64,000 nucleotides of DNA. It comes from an uncultured delta proteobacterium. Its GTDB lineage: Bacteria; Desulfobacterota; WTBG01. Numbering within the stretch: the stretch's first letter is position 1; every line of letters starts with the position of its first letter. The position numbers and the translations under genes were made by a program. Under the pieces are notes generated by a model. The model did not search any database and was not told the DNA's origin. It saw nothing but the letters and a program-made list of their open reading frames with translations. This document shows, piece by piece, positions 30,414 to 40,730 of the stretch. The stretch lies in the NCBI GenBank assembly GCA_963793865.1, contig CAWCBP010000001.1, forward strand, positions 64,001 through 128,000, read 5' to 3'.

Positions 30414-32630
30414 CTAGTCTTTCTTCCTGAACGCCTCCTTGTTCTGCAGCGCTTTTTCCCGCTCCTTGACGAGTGTAATGACCTGTAAAGGATCCGAACA
30501 CCTGATGATGTTCTGGCGGAATGAGCCGTCGTTGAAAATCGAGGCGATGCTGCTCAGGGTGCTCACGTAAGCGTCATGGGCTGATTCACTGGCAACCAGC
30601 AGCAGCATAATGTGCACCGGCTTCCCGTCGATGGCGTTATAATCAATGCCCTTCAAGGAAGTGCCGAGACAGATGCAGATGTCTTCGACCGCGTCGGTGC
30701 GGGCATGAGGAATGGCAATGCCGTCGCCGATGCCGGTTGATTCTATCTGCTCCCGTTCCAGCACCGCCTTCATTATTGTCTCCTGTTCTCCTGAGCGGTA
30801 GGGGGTAAGGGCGGCCTGAACCAGCTCGCGGATGGCTTCCTCCTTGGCCCTGGCCTTGAGCCGCAGGATAATCCTTTGAGGGGCGAGCTTCTTGGAGAGG
30901 GCCTCCGGCGCCAGGACGCGGGTTTTGGTCAACTCATCGCGCTCAACACGTATTGTTTCAACCTCCTGGGTAATGTCATGAGCCGGCACCTTGAGCACCG
31001 TGAGCGTTCGTGCCAGCATCGACAACCCCGCCTCATACTCCTCCTGCACAACGGCGTCAGCGCCGTGATCATATAATTCATCGAGCTCCCGGCTGAAGCG
31101 GGTGCGCACAAGGATGAAGCATTCGGGGTTAAGATCCCTGACGGTCTTGACTGTGGCTTCGGCGCTCAGGGGATCGGGCACCGTGATTGCCGCCAGCTTT
31201 GCCCGCCCGATGTTGACCCTCTTGAGCACCTCGGGGGAGGTTGCATCACCGTAAATGCAGTTTATCCCCAATCCCCGCATTTTTACTACCGTCTGGGCAT
31301 TCAATTCCAGCGCCACGAACGGTATCCCCTTGGCCTTCAAAACCCTTCCGATGGTGATGCCGATGGGACCGTAACCGCAGATGACCACATGGTTCCTGAG
31401 CGATGCTTCGGGCAGCAGGAGGTCTTCGCCCGCATCTTTACCCGGCATATGGAGCCCGGCCGCGCGCCGGCTGAGCCATTCAACGGCATGCGGGGACATT
31501 CTTATCATGAAAGGGGTAAGGGCCATGGTCAGCAGGGAGGCGGTGGTGATAAGGTAAAAAATATCTTCGCTGACAAGACGGTACTGGAACTCCATCTGGA
31601 GGATTACGAATGTGAACTCGCCCATTTGCGCCAGTCCGATACCCGTGTAGAGCGCGGTTTTAAGAGGGTAGCGCGCAATGCAGGTTGCCGCGAAGGTATA
31701 AAAAAACTTCAGCACCATGATTCCCAGGGTGACCGCCAGCACCCACCCCGGGTTGGCTATAAAGTAGCCGGGATCCAGAAGCATGCCCAGGGCCACGAAG
31801 AAGATGCACAGGAAAATGTCCCTGAAGGGCACCATCCCCGCGCGGACCTGGTAGTTGAATTCCGAATCGCTGACCACAAGCCCGGCCAGGAAGGCGCCCA
31901 GCGCAAAGGATAAACCGATGAGCTCGGTTATGAGGGCCGTGCCCAGGCAAAAGATGATGGTGCCGATGAGGAACAGCTCCTTGCCGCCGACCGAGGCAAC
32001 CCAGTATTGAAGGCGCGGTATATATGTCCGGTTGAGCAGCAGGAAGATGGCTAAAAAAGCGATTCCCTTGGAGAGGGAAACCAGGACGGGGGTGAGGATG
32101 TTGGCGCCGGCGTCGGCGGCCAGGGTGGGAATAACCGCGATCATGAGCACTGCCGCGAGGTCCTGGATAATCAGATACCATACCATGAGCCTTCCGTGGA
32201 TGGAGTCGATCACCGCCTGGTCGTTGAGAACCTTGATGACAATGGCGGTGCTGCTTAAAGCCGCCAGGCTGCCGACGAACACACCGATGACCAGGCTCCA
32301 TCCCAGGAGAACGGTAAGCGCGATCGTACCCAGCGCGGTAAGGGTGATTTGCAGAGTCCCGCCCAGGAGCGCCCGGTAGCCCATGGTAAAAATCCGCTTG
32401 GGAGGGAAGCCCAGCCCCAGGATGAACAGGAGCAGGATGACGCCGATTTCCCCCAGCATATTTATCTGCCCGGGATCGCTGATAATCCTAAGGCCGTGGG
32501 GGCCGATGATGACGCCGCTCAGCAGGTAGGCAATGATGGTTGACTGCTGCAGTCGGCGAAAGAGCAGACCGCTGCAAAAGGCGGCAAGCAAAAGCAGCAA
32601 GATGAGTATGAGGGCCTGCGAAGTGTGCAT
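30414..32630 (-). CDS. CPA2 cation:proton antiporter with TrkA-N and C-terminal PTS EIIA domain
   Basis: SSTAIVIK, QDLAAV, HVVICGYGPIG, YGDAT; REQIESTGIGDGIAIPHAR. Confidence 0.9.
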   Translation of the reverse strand: MHTSQALILILLLLLAAFCSGLLFRRLQQSTIIAYLLSGVIIGPHGLRIISDPGQINMLGEIGVILLLFILGLGFPPKRIFTMGYRALLGGTLQITLTALGTIALTVLLGWSLVIGVFVGSLAALSSTAIVIKVLNDQAVIDSIHGRLMVWYLIIQDLAAVLMIAVIPTLAADAGANILTPVLVSLSKGIAFLAIFLLLNRTYIPRLQYWVASVGGKELFLIGTIIFCLGTALITELIGLSFALGAFLAGLVVSDSEFNYQVRAGMVPFRDIFLCIFFVALGMLLDPGYFIANPGWVLAVTLGIMVLKFFYTFAATCIARYPLKTALYTGIGLAQMGEFTFVILQMEFQYRLVSEDIFYLITTASLLTMALTPFMIRMSPHAVEWLSRRAAGLHMPGKDAGEDLLLPEASLRNHVVICGYGPIGITIGRVLKAKGIPFVALELNAQTVVKMRGLGINCIYGDATSPEVLKRVNIGRAKLAAITVPDPLSAEATVKTVRDLNPECFILVRTRFSRELDELYDHGADAVVQEEYEAGLSMLARTLTVLKVPAHDITQEVETIRVERDELTKTRVLAPEALSKKLAPQRIILRLKARAKEEAIRELVQAALTPYRSGEQETIMKAVLEREQIESTGIGDGIAIPHARTDAVEDICICLGTSLKGIDYNAIDGKPVHIMLLLVASESAHDAYVSTLSSIASIFNDGSFRQNIIRCSDPLQVITLVKEREKALQNKEAFRKKD

Positions 32631-32702
32631 GAAGGACGAGCGAATGAAAGCCGTCAGGCGGCAGGGGAGATGCCCGTTGTGTTCCGTGAAAAGGGCATAT
32701 AT

Positions 32703-33320
32703 CTATTTTTCTTCACTGATGAAACTCAGGTCACCCTTTCCCTTCCGTACCACAACCGGTTCGTCCCCGGTCAGATCAACAATGCTGGAGTGTTCCGCCA
32801 CAATGGAACCTCCGTCGATGACCATGTCCAGGGCCTTGCCGTACATCTGGTCAATTTCCTCAGGGTGATTGTAGAGGCTTTCATCGGGCTTGGTAACGCT
32901 GGTGGTGATTATGGGATGACCCAGCTCCGTGAGCAGCGCCTGTGATATGGCATTATCGGGAACCCTGATGCCGATCGATTTCTGGTTGGTGAGCATGATT
33001 TTCGGCACCAGCTTGGTGGCCTGGAGAATGAAGGTGTACGCCCCGGGGACCAGGTGCCGCATGATCCGGTATGCGTAGTTGGGAACAAAGGCATATTTGC
33101 TGATATCCTTGAGGTCGGCACAGATGATGCTCAAGCGCTTGCTCTTGAGGTGCTTCTTGAGCTGGCGTATTTTCTGCTGTCCGTCCTTGCGGTAGAGGTC
33201 ACACCCGAGGCCGTAGATGGTATCGGTGGGGTAGGCAATGACCCCTCCCTCCCGCAGCACCTCGACGACCTTCCTGATGAGCCGCAGCTGTGGATTCTGG
33301 GGATTAATGGCTATGATCAT
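32703..33320 (-). CDS. Sua5/YciO/YrdC family protein
   Basis: IAYPTDTIYGLGC, PGAYTFIL, GIRVPD, TTS, SSIVDL. Confidence 0.9.
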   Translation of the reverse strand: MIIAINPQNPQLRLIRKVVEVLREGGVIAYPTDTIYGLGCDLYRKDGQQKIRQLKKHLKSKRLSIICADLKDISKYAFVPNYAYRIMRHLVPGAYTFILQATKLVPKIMLTNQKSIGIRVPDNAISQALLTELGHPIITTSVTKPDESLYNHPEEIDQMYGKALDMVIDGGSIVAEHSSIVDLTGDEPVVVRKGKGDLSFISEEK

Positions 33321-33620
33321 GCACTCTGTCCCGGAAATGTATTGTGGTATTTAATATAATATAATGAGGTACAAATAGCAATAAGAAAGGCACATGCTTA
33401 CGGAGGGCCATGCTCTGTCATAACCGTAAACAATAAGCGGACGCGACGGAGCGCGTCCCTCCACATTTAGAGGCAACCGGCCGGTTGCCCCTACAATTAA
33501 GATATTATTATCGTGTTAACCCCCATGCCCCGTGGGGCAACACGAATCATGAAAATTAGGAATGCTATAGAAAGGTCATTCTGCAGTTCGACCGCAGAAT
33601 CCGCTCAAGGCGCTCAGAAA

Positions 33621-35021
33621 CTATACCCTTGCTGTCTGACCGTTCAGCGGGAGGGTGAATTGTATGCAGGTGCCTTTTCCCATCTCGCTTTCCGCGCGGA
33701 TGGCCCCGCCGTGAGCCTCTACAAAGTGCTTGGCGATGGCAAGTCCGAGCCCCGTTCCCCCCGACGTGCGCGACCGTGACCGGTCCACCCGGTAGAAGCG
33801 GTCAAAGATGCGGGGCAGGGCCTCCGGCGGAATGCCGGGCCCCGTGTCCCTGACCCACACCGCTGCCATTGTCCCCTCTCTCCTCATGCCCATTTCAATG
33901 GTGCCCCCTGACGGCGTATAGCGCAATGCGTTGGTGAGCAGGTTGGAGATGACCTGCCCGATCCGCTTGTCATCCATCATGACCGGGGGGATATCTTCAG
34001 GCATGATCCGGCGGAGGGTGACGGATTTTTCCTGGAACTGGAGGATGAATTTTGCCGCTTCCCGGGTGAGAAGCTTTTGCAGCGACGAGGGAGAGGTTTC
34101 GAGCATGAACTGGTTGTTTTCAATCTGGGACATGACGGAGAGATCTTCCACCAGCCGGTTAATGCCCTCCACTTCCTCACATATTGCCTTCAGGTGACCC
34201 TCGCGTTCCTCCTTCGGCATCTCGCGGTCGATGAGTATCTCGGCGTCGGATTGGATGCGCGCCAGGGGCGAGCGTATTTCGTGGGATATGTCGGCAAAAA
34301 GATCTTTGCGGGACTGGTGAAAAGCGGCCAGCCGCTGCGACATCTCGTTGAAGGTTTTGCGCAGCTGGCTGATTTCATCCCGGGACCGCACCTTGACCGT
34401 AACGCCAAAACGCCCCCGGGACACCTCTTTCGCCGCCCTGGTCAGCTCGCGGATGGGCCGCGTCAGGAAGCGGGAGATGACCGCGGTGAACAGGGCGAGC
34501 AATGCCAAAGCCATAATCAGCCCCCGCGGCATTATGATCCGGTCCTCCTTGGTGCGGGGATAGTAGCACTGGAGGAGCGCGGCTTCCCTGTCCCCGCTTA
34601 AAGGAACGGTAACCGAATAGACCCACCTCCAGTTCCGGTAAATGCTTTCAAAGTGTTCACCGCTGCGACGGACTTCATCCAGGAGTGCAGGAGAAATGAC
34701 CTGTACCTCCTCCAGCTTTTCATGAGTGCCTGCCGCCAGTTCATTGCCTTTTGCATCGAAGACCCTGAGGCTTATTCCTTCCTGCCGGTACAGGTCCTGG
34801 ACAATGCCGGAAAGCGGTTCCGAAGAGTCGGCCAGGCGGTCCTGCAGCCGGCGCGCGAGATGTCCGGATTCCATGAGCAGGCTTTTCTTAATGGCGGGGT
34901 GAATCTCCGTATGCGGCCCATAGCTGGAAAACATCAGGAAAATGACCATGGAGGCCAGGGCAATGCTGGCCAGAAAGGAAAGAAGCAGTTTCCAGTAGAT
35001 GCTTTCCCGGAAGCCCAGCAT
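33621..35021 (-). CDS. HAMP sensor histidine kinase
   Basis: ISHEIRSPL, NLLTNALRY, DTGPGI, GGTGLGL. Confidence 0.92.
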   Translation of the reverse strand: MLGFRESIYWKLLLSFLASIALASMVIFLMFSSYGPHTEIHPAIKKSLLMESGHLARRLQDRLADSSEPLSGIVQDLYRQEGISLRVFDAKGNELAAGTHEKLEEVQVISPALLDEVRRSGEHFESIYRNWRWVYSVTVPLSGDREAALLQCYYPRTKEDRIIMPRGLIMALALLALFTAVISRFLTRPIRELTRAAKEVSRGRFGVTVKVRSRDEISQLRKTFNEMSQRLAAFHQSRKDLFADISHEIRSPLARIQSDAEILIDREMPKEEREGHLKAICEEVEGINRLVEDLSVMSQIENNQFMLETSPSSLQKLLTREAAKFILQFQEKSVTLRRIMPEDIPPVMMDDKRIGQVISNLLTNALRYTPSGGTIEMGMRREGTMAAVWVRDTGPGIPPEALPRIFDRFYRVDRSRSRTSGGTGLGLAIAKHFVEAHGGAIRAESEMGKGTCIQFTLPLNGQTARV

Positions 35022-35022
35022 G

Positions 35023-35715
35023 TCATCCTTCCCCGAATTTGTAGCCCGTCCCCCAGACGGTGATTATGTACCGTGGATTTTTGGGCGAGTCTTCTATTTT
35101 TTTTCGCACGTTGCTGATGTGGGCGTCGATGGAGCGATCAAAGAGCTCCAGCTCGCGGTTTCTCACCTCTTCAAGAAGCCGGTCCCGGCTGAAGACCACG
35201 CCCGGCCTGGAAGCGAGAATCCAGAGGAGATTGAATTCCGTACCCGTCAGGGCTATGAGCTTCTTTTTCTTGTGGACCTCTCTTTTCAAAGGGTCAATGG
35301 TCAGCTCGCCCAGCACCAGCGGCTTTTCCTTCACTGACGGGAGGCCGGACCTCGGCGCCGTTCTGCGCAGCTGCGCCTTGACCCGTGCCGCCAGCTCGCG
35401 GAGGCTGAACGGCTTGGTGAGATAGTCATCCGCCCCCACTTCCAGGCAGGCCACTTTATCAGATTCCTCCCCCCGCGCGGTGAGCATGATGATGGGAACG
35501 GGGTTGTCTTTGCGGATTTCCTTCAACACCTCCAGCCCGTCGAGCTCGGGCATCATCAGGTCAAGAATAATGAGGTCCGGCTTGAATGCCTTTACCTTCT
35601 CAAGTCCCTCCGTGCCGTTGAGGGCATACTCGATGCGGTAGTCAAAATCCTTGAGATAGGTCTGGACGTTTTTCACCAGTCGTCCGTCGTCGTCGATGAT
35701 CAGGATTGTATTCAC
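35023..35715 (-). CDS. OmpR-family response regulator
   Basis: Receiver domain plus winged helix (DRSIDAHI, TVWGTGY). Confidence 0.93.
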   Translation of the reverse strand: MNTILIIDDDGRLVKNVQTYLKDFDYRIEYALNGTEGLEKVKAFKPDLIILDLMMPELDGLEVLKEIRKDNPVPIIMLTARGEESDKVACLEVGADDYLTKPFSLRELAARVKAQLRRTAPRSGLPSVKEKPLVLGELTIDPLKREVHKKKKLIALTGTEFNLLWILASRPGVVFSRDRLLEEVRNRELELFDRSIDAHISNVRKKIEDSPKNPRYIITVWGTGYKFGEG

Positions 35716-36224
35716 GGGTTCGTGTCTCCGCCCTGGTTATTTTTTTGACTCCATCCCCGGATGGTCTCGATGATGCCTGACGACGAGTGGTCTTTGGGAT
35801 CCCCCACGATGACGGTGTCTCCCCCGTAGGAGAGAACCGTTTTGCGCTCCAGGATTCCCTCCTTGCTGTAATCGGTGCCCTTGGCATGAAGATGCGGCTT
35901 CAGCTGCAGCAGGATGCTGTCCGCGGTCGGCTCGCTGAAAAGGGTGACAAAGTCCACGCAGGAAAGGGCGGCAAGAACCTCCAGGCGCTGGTCCTCGGGG
36001 ATGACAGGGTAATCGTCCCCCTTCAGTTTTTTGAGCGACGCGTCGCTGTTGACCGCGACCACCAGGATATCGCCGTGCCGCCTGGCGTCGGCGAGGCTCC
36101 TGACGTGCCCCACGTGCAGCAGGTTAAAGCCCCCGTTGGTGAGGACGATGCGCTTTCCCTGCTGTTTGAGCGACTCGATAATGCCCGCCAGCTTCTCCCG
36201 GTCTTTAATTATTTTTTGGGACAT
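35712..36224 (-). CDS. RfaE/HldE domain II-like heptose-1-phosphate adenylyltransferase
   Basis: IVLTNGGFNLLHVGH, VNSDAS, KGTDY, DPKDHSSS. Confidence 0.85.
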   Translation of the reverse strand: MSQKIIKDREKLAGIIESLKQQGKRIVLTNGGFNLLHVGHVRSLADARRHGDILVVAVNSDASLKKLKGDDYPVIPEDQRLEVLAALSCVDFVTLFSEPTADSILLQLKPHLHAKGTDYSKEGILERKTVLSYGGDTVIVGDPKDHSSSGIIETIRGWSQKNNQGGDTNP

Positions 36225-36229
36225 GCCCG

Positions 36230-37246
36230 TTACCGCTCCTGATCCAGCACCTCTTCGCAGGCCTGGAATACCGTTTCCATCCGGATGTTTTTCATGCAGT
36301 CCCGGTGATCGCACTCCCTGAGATAGCAGGGTATGCAGGGCATGCCTTCCGCCCGCACCACCCTGCTGCGCCGGTTCTGCGGCCCCACGTAAAAGGGGTC
36401 GGTGGGACCGAAGAGGGCCACCACCGGAATGTCGTATGACGATGCCAGGTGCATGAAACCGGAGTCAATGCCCACGAACAAAGCTGCATCCTTTATTGCC
36501 AGGCAGAGGGAGCGCAAATCCGCCCCGGTTAAATCAACAAGCCCCTCATCCATGCCGGGACCCGCTTCCCTGAGAGCGGCTATGAGCAGATCATTGTACT
36601 CCCGGTTGTCATCGCCGCCGATGATGACGGGAGCCAGGCCGCGATTACGCCTGAGCCGCGCAATGAGCGCCGCGAACCGGTCGTGCCCCCAGGTCTTCAT
36701 CTGCCGGCGCAGGGATGCCCCCGGGGCGATGATCGCGTATCGTCCCCCCGGCGCGGCGCGATCGCCATCGCGGGCCGCGACCCGGATCAATCCCACATAA
36801 TCATTTTTGTCCACCGGCAGACGCAGTCGCTCCAGGAGTTTGCGGTTGTTGTACCAGCTGTTGTGACCTTCAACCGTTTCTTTTATATCAAGAGCAAGGT
36901 CCCAGGGGAAATGGGAAAACCCCGCCTTTAATCGCGCGCCGCTCAGCGCCGCGATGATGAGCGACTCCTCCGAGCGGGGAAGGGATATGAGCAGGTCATA
37001 CCTGCTGCCGCGCAGGGTGCTGACAAGATGTGCCGTGGCGCCATATCCGCCCTGCCGCTCCAGTATGCGGTCCACGAACGGCGAGTCGGCAAGCAGGCCT
37101 TTCAGATGGGGCTTTGCCACCGAGTCGATACGGGCGCCGGGAAAATTATCGCGGAGGGCCTTGAGGAGGGGAAGGGAAAAGACCAGGTCCCCGATCTGGT
37201 TCAGGTGCAAAACACACAGTGCGGAAGCGCCCTTCAGCGAGGTCAT
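36230..37246 (-). CDS. Glycosyltransferase family 9 (heptosyltransferase-like)
   Basis: IGDLV, APGAS..KTW, FVGIDSGFMHLA, VALFGPT, CIPC..C..C. Confidence 0.88.
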   Translation of the reverse strand: MTSLKGASALCVLHLNQIGDLVFSLPLLKALRDNFPGARIDSVAKPHLKGLLADSPFVDRILERQGGYGATAHLVSTLRGSRYDLLISLPRSEESLIIAALSGARLKAGFSHFPWDLALDIKETVEGHNSWYNNRKLLERLRLPVDKNDYVGLIRVAARDGDRAAPGGRYAIIAPGASLRRQMKTWGHDRFAALIARLRRNRGLAPVIIGGDDNREYNDLLIAALREAGPGMDEGLVDLTGADLRSLCLAIKDAALFVGIDSGFMHLASSYDIPVVALFGPTDPFYVGPQNRRSRVVRAEGMPCIPCYLRECDHRDCMKNIRMETVFQACEEVLDQER

Positions 37247-38445
37247 AGGAAGAAGTTGTCATCCTCCGCCGGTTGGAGATCCTCGGTCCTTCTTTCCGAC
37301 TGTATGAAGTTTTCCATCCACCAGTTGGTGTGATGGTAGAAGCAGGCAATGACCGAGCACTCCTTATCGGCATGAAAGCCGGCGATCGAGCGTGACAGCG
37401 TGCGCTGGGTTTCATCAAAGGCTGCTTTCCCTGCGTAGCCGGCGGGTCCGGCAATCTTTGCCCTGGATACACCGCGGAAGGCGGGGCAGTGGAAGACGCC
37501 GTTGGGTGTGACCACGGTGCTGAAAAACTGCATGTGACACCGCGCGGGCTGACGCTTCAGCTCATCAAGCTCTCCGGAAAGCAGCGCCCGCAAATTCACG
37601 CTGGTAAGTATCTTGATGCGGCCTTCCACGGCGCTCCGCGCCATGGCCAGATTCTTCTCGATGGCCTCACGGATGCGCTTTTCTCCGCCTGCGTCCTCCT
37701 TGTCCAGAAGCGACTCCTTCTGCGTGTCCTGCTGGCGTATGAGGCAGGGCTTGAATGAGATATAGTCAAAGCCGTGATCGGCCGCCAGCCGCGCCGCGAG
37801 ATCCATTTCATCAATGTTTCGGCGGAGCGGCTGCCCGTTGACGGTGATGCCGTCCCAGACAATCACGAAGGAGAAGCCGAGGGTGATGAGGGGATTGCGC
37901 TTTTTGAGCCCTTCCGCGTCCTTGAGCAGCCCTTTAAGGGTGATGGGCGTCCGCGGCTGATGCGAGGCGGCAAAGGTTTCCTCGGTGCCCGCATCGATGG
38001 AAATCCGCACCCAGTCCTCCTTTTCCAGGGAATCAACGATGCCGGCAATGCGGGCCAGCCGTGATCCGTTGGTCACAATGCCCAGCTGGATGCCCCTGCT
38101 CTTGATATGGCCGACGACCGCCTCAAAATCCCGGTGGAGGGTCGGCTCACCGCCGCCGATGAGGATGACCGAGAGAAGCCCCTGCGACCGCAGGGTGTCA
38201 ACCGTGTCGCAGACGATTTCAAGGTCAAGATGTTGGCCGGTGTTGATGATCCCGGAATCGACGCAATGCGGGCAGGCAAAGTTGCAGGCCGAGGTGAGAT
38301 CCAGGTTCACCGATACCGGTCCATACGGGGGAATTCCGCCTTCAGCGCCCCGCTGCCATCTGATGTAAGGCTTGAGCCGTTCTATGACCGACCGCTGGGT
38401 GAGCTTGGTGCTGAAATCATATTCCTTGTGTTTGAGCTTGTCCAT
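37243..38445 (-). CDS. Radical SAM protein
   Basis: DLTSACNFACPHC, GGGEPTLH, VTNGS, RISIDAG; SPASM/twitch-like C-terminal Cys residues. Confidence 0.88.
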   Translation of the reverse strand: MDKLKHKEYDFSTKLTQRSVIERLKPYIRWQRGAEGGIPPYGPVSVNLDLTSACNFACPHCVDSGIINTGQHLDLEIVCDTVDTLRSQGLLSVILIGGGEPTLHRDFEAVVGHIKSRGIQLGIVTNGSRLARIAGIVDSLEKEDWVRISIDAGTEETFAASHQPRTPITLKGLLKDAEGLKKRNPLITLGFSFVIVWDGITVNGQPLRRNIDEMDLAARLAADHGFDYISFKPCLIRQQDTQKESLLDKEDAGGEKRIREAIEKNLAMARSAVEGRIKILTSVNLRALLSGELDELKRQPARCHMQFFSTVVTPNGVFHCPAFRGVSRAKIAGPAGYAGKAAFDETQRTLSRSIAGFHADKECSVIACFYHHTNWWMENFIQSERRTEDLQPAEDDNFFL

Positions 38446-38454
38446 ATCCTGGTT

Positions 38455-39381
38455 TTAGCATGGGGTTTCACAGCACCGGTATATCTGCCGCAGCATCAGC
38501 GTCGTGCCCATAATATGCTCCTTGCCGATGCGGGGCGCCTTCCTGTCCCTGACCGCCGAGATGAAATCCCGGACCGAGAGATCCAGGGGATCCCCTATCT
38601 TAAGCGATTTGTCCTCATAATCAAAGAAAATGTCGTAGCGTTCGAGATCCAGTTTCCGGGTGGCGATTTTGCCGTTGAATCCGAAAGAGAAGTCCCGCGG
38701 CTGCTTGAACTGGCTGGTGAGCCTGATTTCGACTGCGCACCCCGGGCCGTCGCATGCGTAGTCGAAGTAAATGGTCATCTCATCAGCGCGGGCGGTGGTG
38801 GTGAGGTTGCCGATCTCTCCTTCACCGCAGGCGCAATAGAGAAGGCTTAAGGCGTGGGGGACCGATTCCACGATCATCTCCCGCCCGACGCACTGGGGAG
38901 AGAGCCTGATGCAAAAGCTGCCGACGGTTTGTCCGCGGAGCGAACCGCACAGCTCTTCGTACCAGGGCAGGGAAAAAGGCCACTGGGAATTCATGGCCAC
39001 GGTTGCCTGCCGGCGCTCCGCCTCTGAAAAGACGCGGTCAAGCTGCTCCCGGAGATCGGCCGCTTCATCCCAGATGAAGGGCTTTTCGCAAAAGACATGG
39101 AGACCAGCGCTGACTGCCGCCATCAGGTATTCAAAATGGGTGGAGGCCGGAGAGGCGATGGCAACCGCGTCGGGTTGCGCCTCCTGCAGCATCCGGTTAA
39201 AATCGGTGTGCGGAGAGGCATTGATACCGTAATGCCTGAGCGCTGACGCCGCTTCCAGGGCTGTTTGCCCGGTGGTCCCCAGGACGGCTGCAACCTCGGC
39301 CCCGCCCCGGTGAAAATAGTTCGCAATGTAGGCGCCGATGCCGCTTCGCTTTCTTCTTCCCCCGATGAGTGCGATCTTCAC
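38455..39381 (-). CDS. Gfo/Idh/MocA family oxidoreductase
   Basis: DAVAIASP..H, HVFCEKP. Confidence 0.8.
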   Translation of the reverse strand: MKIALIGGRRKRSGIGAYIANYFHRGGAEVAAVLGTTGQTALEAASALRHYGINASPHTDFNRMLQEAQPDAVAIASPASTHFEYLMAAVSAGLHVFCEKPFIWDEAADLREQLDRVFSEAERRQATVAMNSQWPFSLPWYEELCGSLRGQTVGSFCIRLSPQCVGREMIVESVPHALSLLYCACGEGEIGNLTTTARADEMTIYFDYACDGPGCAVEIRLTSQFKQPRDFSFGFNGKIATRKLDLERYDIFFDYEDKSLKIGDPLDLSVRDFISAVRDRKAPRIGKEHIMGTTLMLRQIYRCCETPC

Positions 39382-40367
39382 TCCTGTTCCTCCGGCCGGC
39401 ACGGGGATGATGCGCCCATGTGACGTTTGCGACGTTTTCTTATGCGCCGGCCCGCCGGATTGCGGTGCTCCCCGGTTTTCGCTTTCTTCCAGCGGTTGTT
39501 AAACCAGAACCACTGCTCCGGGTAATCCCTGACATATTTTTCGATGACCCTGGTATAGGCATCAGTGATGGCATGAGTTTTTTGATCACGGGTTCCGTCG
39601 AGGTCAGGCTCAAGGTGCGGCTCGGCGTATATGTGCTGCATGCCGTTTCCGTCCCGCACGATGAAAACGGGGAGCAGCGCGGCGCCGCTTCGCAGGGAGA
39701 GCACGGCGGGACCGATGGCAGTGGGCGCCGGATGGTTGAAAAAATCGACCACCGTTCCGGAACGCCTCTTGTTTTCATCGGCAAGCAGGCAGACAATTTC
39801 GTTACGCTTGAGACAGCCTAATATCTGCTGCAGGGCCTGCCTCCACGGCTTCAGGTAGATAAATGACCCGCCCTGTTTTTGCTGAACAACGCGAATGGCA
39901 TCTGCCAGGAATGTGTGCCGGGATTCCTTTACCAGCATGGTAAAGGAATATCCCAGCTGGATCATTTTAGCGCTCATCAGCATGAAGTTTCCCATGTGGG
40001 CGCTGACGGCAATGACCCCTCTGCCTCCTGCAAGGGCCCGGTCGATGTTTTCAGCTCCGTGCAGCGTAATCCGGCTCAGGACGCGATCCTTGTTACCGGT
40101 AGCCGAGCAAATGGTTTCCGCCACGTTCAGGCCGATGTTTGTCGCCACGGCTTTCCGTATGCCGCTCAGCTGTTTTCTATCACCGGCCGGTCCGAAGGCC
40201 ATGCGCAGGTTGCCGGCGATCCGCTTCCGGTATCGCCGAAAAAAGAGGAAACAGAAACGGGAGAGGCCCGTACAGAAAGAGGTAAACACGCGTTCGGGCA
40301 GGGCAGTGCTCGTGAAGAGCCCGGCGTGTACCAGCAAACCGAGAATGTAATATTGTGTGCGTTTCAT
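39378..40367 (-). CDS. Lipid A late acyltransferase (LpxL/HtrB family)
   Basis: SAHMGNF, LADE, VDFF..PA, YPEQWFW..RWK. Confidence 0.85.
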   Translation of the reverse strand: MKRTQYYILGLLVHAGLFTSTALPERVFTSFCTGLSRFCFLFFRRYRKRIAGNLRMAFGPAGDRKQLSGIRKAVATNIGLNVAETICSATGNKDRVLSRITLHGAENIDRALAGGRGVIAVSAHMGNFMLMSAKMIQLGYSFTMLVKESRHTFLADAIRVVQQKQGGSFIYLKPWRQALQQILGCLKRNEIVCLLADENKRRSGTVVDFFNHPAPTAIGPAVLSLRSGAALLPVFIVRDGNGMQHIYAEPHLEPDLDGTRDQKTHAITDAYTRVIEKYVRDYPEQWFWFNNRWKKAKTGEHRNPAGRRIRKRRKRHMGASSPCRPEEQE

Positions 40368-40730
40368 GGGCTGAATGGGGTGACTTTCTTGCCCTTTTCA
40401 TATCTTATTTTTGCCGGTGATAAAAGAACTTTTTTGCGGCGGCCGTTTGGTACATTGCCATACTATAATAGCGAACGCGCCGTAATTCAAATATTTTTAT
40501 GAAAGATACCGGATTCCTGCCGGACTTGACCTTGCATGAAAAGCGTTTATTGCGTTTCTTTCCTTCTCCAGGGTCTTATCCGAATGTAGGGGCGACCGGC
40601 CGGTCGCCCCTACGGATTTTTCAAACCTGCTCATAAAAAATGCCTTACGAATTATCGCAAAAAATGTTAATTTAATATACACTGATGGTCGTTGCATATG
40701 CAATCATACAGCAATGAGGTTTATTGCGGC

